Of a stretch of DNA of 64,000 nt, positions 63,055-64,000 are shown piece after piece. Source of the stretch: Mobula hypostoma (lineage: Eukaryota); NCBI RefSeq assembly GCF_963921235.1, contig NC_086108.1, positions 115,074,001 through 115,138,000 of the forward strand, read 5' to 3'. The notes beneath the pieces are model-generated. The model saw nothing but the letters and a program-made list of their open reading frames with translations. It was not told the origin of the DNA and did no database searches. The first letter of the stretch is position 1. Each line of letters starts with the position of its first letter. The position numbers were made by a program, and so were the translations under genes.

Positions 63055-64000
63055 TACTGTCCTTTAATGCCAGTACAGGCTTCCAGTCTCCAGCAGACAG
63101 ACTCAGGCCTCCAGACACACAGCTTCTCCTCCCCAGCACACTCAGAGATTTACAAACTCGGTTGCAGCCCACAGACTTTCAGACATTTGATTTGTCCTTG
63201 AACCATAATCCTTGGCATTAAAGCTAGGACACACTGATCGCTCAACATCAGGCCTCAAAATCCGGAATCTCCGGTGACTAGGCCTCAGGCTCCAGTCTCA
63301 CTGCTTCATGAACACGGGGTTCCAACAACTCACTCTTCCTGCTCACACAGAGCTCCAGCTCCGGAATCTGCCAGCCATGGCTGAACTTAGGGAAAGCGAG
63401 CATTACTTACTCTGCTGGTCTGACTTCCAACCAGTTGCCCCAGGTCCTCGTCACTAGTCTTTCAACGCAGAGCAGACCTGACCTCTAATTCCCCCACATC
63501 CTCGTTCCTGAAACCCTAACCTGATCCCCAACTGCCACCTCTGTTGCAAAAGCACCCATATTGTACTGTCTCAGTACTTTGATATTTGTGTGCTGTAGTA
63601 CTTACTTTTTATTCGCAGTTATTTTGTGCATTTCTGGTTAGATGCTAACTACATTTCATTGGCTTTGTATCCATACTTGGCACAATGACAATAAAGTTGA
63701 ATCTAATCTAATCTAATCTAATGTACATCGTAACATATGTCATTTGTGTCAGCAAACAGTGCAGTTTGAGGGTGTGATGAGGGCAATTCGCAAGTGTTGC
63801 CATCCCTCCGGTGCTTATCCTAACCAATACATCTTTGGAGTGTGGGAGGAAACTGAAGTACTCAGAGGAAACCCACACAGCACAGAGAGAACGTACAAAC
63901 TCCTTACAGAGCGCGGCCAGAATTGAACACCGTATGCAAATCACTGCTGAGGTAATACACTTATGCCAGCTGTTACATTACTGCGAAATATAATGGAAAT

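Noticed and set aside
59750..64000. Upstream RNPC3 exons (N-terminal RRM)
   Set aside because: No matching coding segment found by eye. They probably lie outside the window, though a short divergent exon could have been missed.

Overview
Repeat-rich vertebrate genomic DNA. The repeat content (CR1/HER1-like LINEs, HE1-like tRNA SINEs, Rex1-like, Penelope, L1, RTE, Tc1) suggests a cartilaginous fish, probably a ray; this is an inference. Two spliced genes lie in tandem on the minus strand. One is the last ten coding exons of RNPC3 (U11/U12-65K minor-spliceosome protein; 59749 down to the stop at 21792), whose last coding intron is itself U12-type. The other is the first three coding exons of an alpha-amylase (ATG at 11212, running off the left edge). 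All splice phases were checked by hand and join in frame. Highlights: (1) a fully pairable HDV-like ribozyme fold exactly at the 5' end of a short non-autonomous retroelement (16831-17015), with an unusual hairpin in L3 and a decayed second copy; (2) an extra perfect U12 5' splice-site motif in the RNPC3 3'UTR; (3) a minimal hammerhead motif from a Penelope fragment; (4) a full-length L1 with a 15-bp TSD; (5) several minisatellites born inside retroelements. The very long ORFs at 5.7-9.7 kb and 29.6-31.3 kb are tandem-repeat artefacts. Boundaries of decayed repeats are approximate.
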